From NCBI GenBank assembly GCA_964016885.1, contig OZ024742.1, positions 337,714,001 to 337,778,000 on the forward strand: a stretch of DNA of 64,000 nucleotides. The letters run 5' to 3'. Position 1 is the first letter of the stretch. The number at the start of each line of letters is the position of its first letter. The stretch is from Eledone cirrhosa. Lineage: Eukaryota. Both the position numbers and the translations under genes were made by a program. Below the pieces are notes generated by a model. It saw only the letters and a list, made by a program, of their open reading frames with translations. It searched no databases and was not told the DNA's origin. Below, one piece after another: positions 63,901-64,000 of this stretch.

Positions 63901-64000
63901 ATTCCATGTGTTAAAATCCCTACCCACTCTAGCATTAAAGTCACCAAGCACGATGACTTTGTCTGCCTGAGGGATATTTCTTAAAACACCTTTCAAGGCA
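60752..64000 (-). mobile_element. RTE/BovB-like LINE running off the window edge; 3' UTR contains microsatellites and the conserved terminus
   Basis: Open ORF followed, after simple repeats, by ggccatactcgataacgagggggcagccatca(tgta)n. Confidence 0.88.
61003..63996 (-). CDS. RTE LINE ORF (partial): APE C-terminus, reverse transcriptase and three C-terminal C2H2 zinc fingers
   Basis: 997 uninterrupted codons; LGDFNARVG, LLDYV, WTDH, NYRGISLL, QSGFR, FVDLTKAFD, GVKQG, LLYADD, RLRWSGH. Confidence 0.92.
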   Translation of the reverse strand: MKGVLRNIPQADKVIVLGDFNARVGRDFNTWNVIGRHGVGKCNSNGMLLLQVCEELDLCVTNTMFQQKNKFKTTWMHPASKEWHLLDYVLVRMRDRQDVRCVRVLRGAECWTDHRLVRAKVNLITKRKIRAPGVTLPKRLNAARLKDKNVKRTLEEEMQAADLGEDWPTLKKSVYDVGRRVLGLVQRKHQDWFNEKDVHIDDLLADKRRALSRYLTARPQERNTLHEELRDVKSRVRRSLSQMKDQWWSEKAGEIQTASDCNNTKLLYSLLREVYGPSSSLVTPIRSRDGKELLRDSQGILRRWREHFDDLLNQPSVVSEDFLNLIPESPVKVALAEPPTLVEVAVAISKLNSGRSPGMDGIHAELLQYGGERLLQHLHSLFGGIWANESVPEDWRDAVMVVLYKGKGNRNDCGNYRGISLLSVVGKVLCRVLLDRLLTHIADCVLPESQSGFRVGRGTTDMIFSARQLQEKCIEQGLDLYQVFVDLTKAFDTVNRDALWKVLQKLGCPDKFLALVRSFHDDMKAWVNVGGNMSEPISVKNGVKQGDIPAPTLFAIYFAMVFCIAFRNCEHGVYIRYRTSGSIFNIRRFAAKTKVFTSVIRDLLYADDCDLVAHTESDMQHILNVFSDACTALGLTVSLKKTVVMYQPAPGRQYTEPNIYVYGKRLGVVDQFVYLGSTVNRYGNLDGEISLRIRKASDAFGKLERRLWGRRDICRRTKVRVYRACVLSCLLYACETWVTYRRHLKQLERFHQMCLRRIHGVRWRDHISDVEILESSMCDSIEALVLKQRLRWSGHLARMKDSRIPKQLFYGELVKGKRPPHKPKKRYKDSLKASLKDANISADTWENIAADRNKWRKTVYEGKVAFEASRIAHEKVKRDVRKGIAVALPDGEGPPMFLTCSVCARLCLSKAGLESHLRSHKVRPVVDYQAAVGDATHHACQTCGRECKSAGGLKRHAKVHELQPQPTIPSKCFGCRLCARHFGSLAGLKSHIRSQHC

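Overview
AT-rich animal genomic DNA. The repeat families and very long (TA)n/(TACA)n arrays suggest an octopus or other coleoid cephalopod; this is an inference, not a verified assignment. The left half (about 8.2-30.6 kb, minus strand) holds nine spliceable exons of a large multi-Tudor protein of the Tudor/TDRD6/TDRD15 type (about 2,800 aa). It has ten extended Tudor domains and a long coding 30-bp (SPDSESTTVV)n repeat; splice phases were checked by hand across all exons. The right half (31-64 kb) is almost entirely mobile DNA. It contains two Penelope-like elements (PLEs) with 3' minimal hammerhead-ribozyme motifs, a Buster-type hAT transposon nested in a head-to-tail Helitron cluster, RTE LINEs carrying a PHD finger inside the RT, a CR1-type LINE, an open RTE/BovB-like ORF with three C2H2 fingers, several SINE and MITE families, and kilobase microsatellites. 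The most notable observations are five hammerhead-like motifs (some with non-canonical cores) and fold-back (snap-back) duplications of target DNA at two retroelement junctions, including a perfect 284-bp palindrome. No rRNA, true tRNA or CRISPR array was found.
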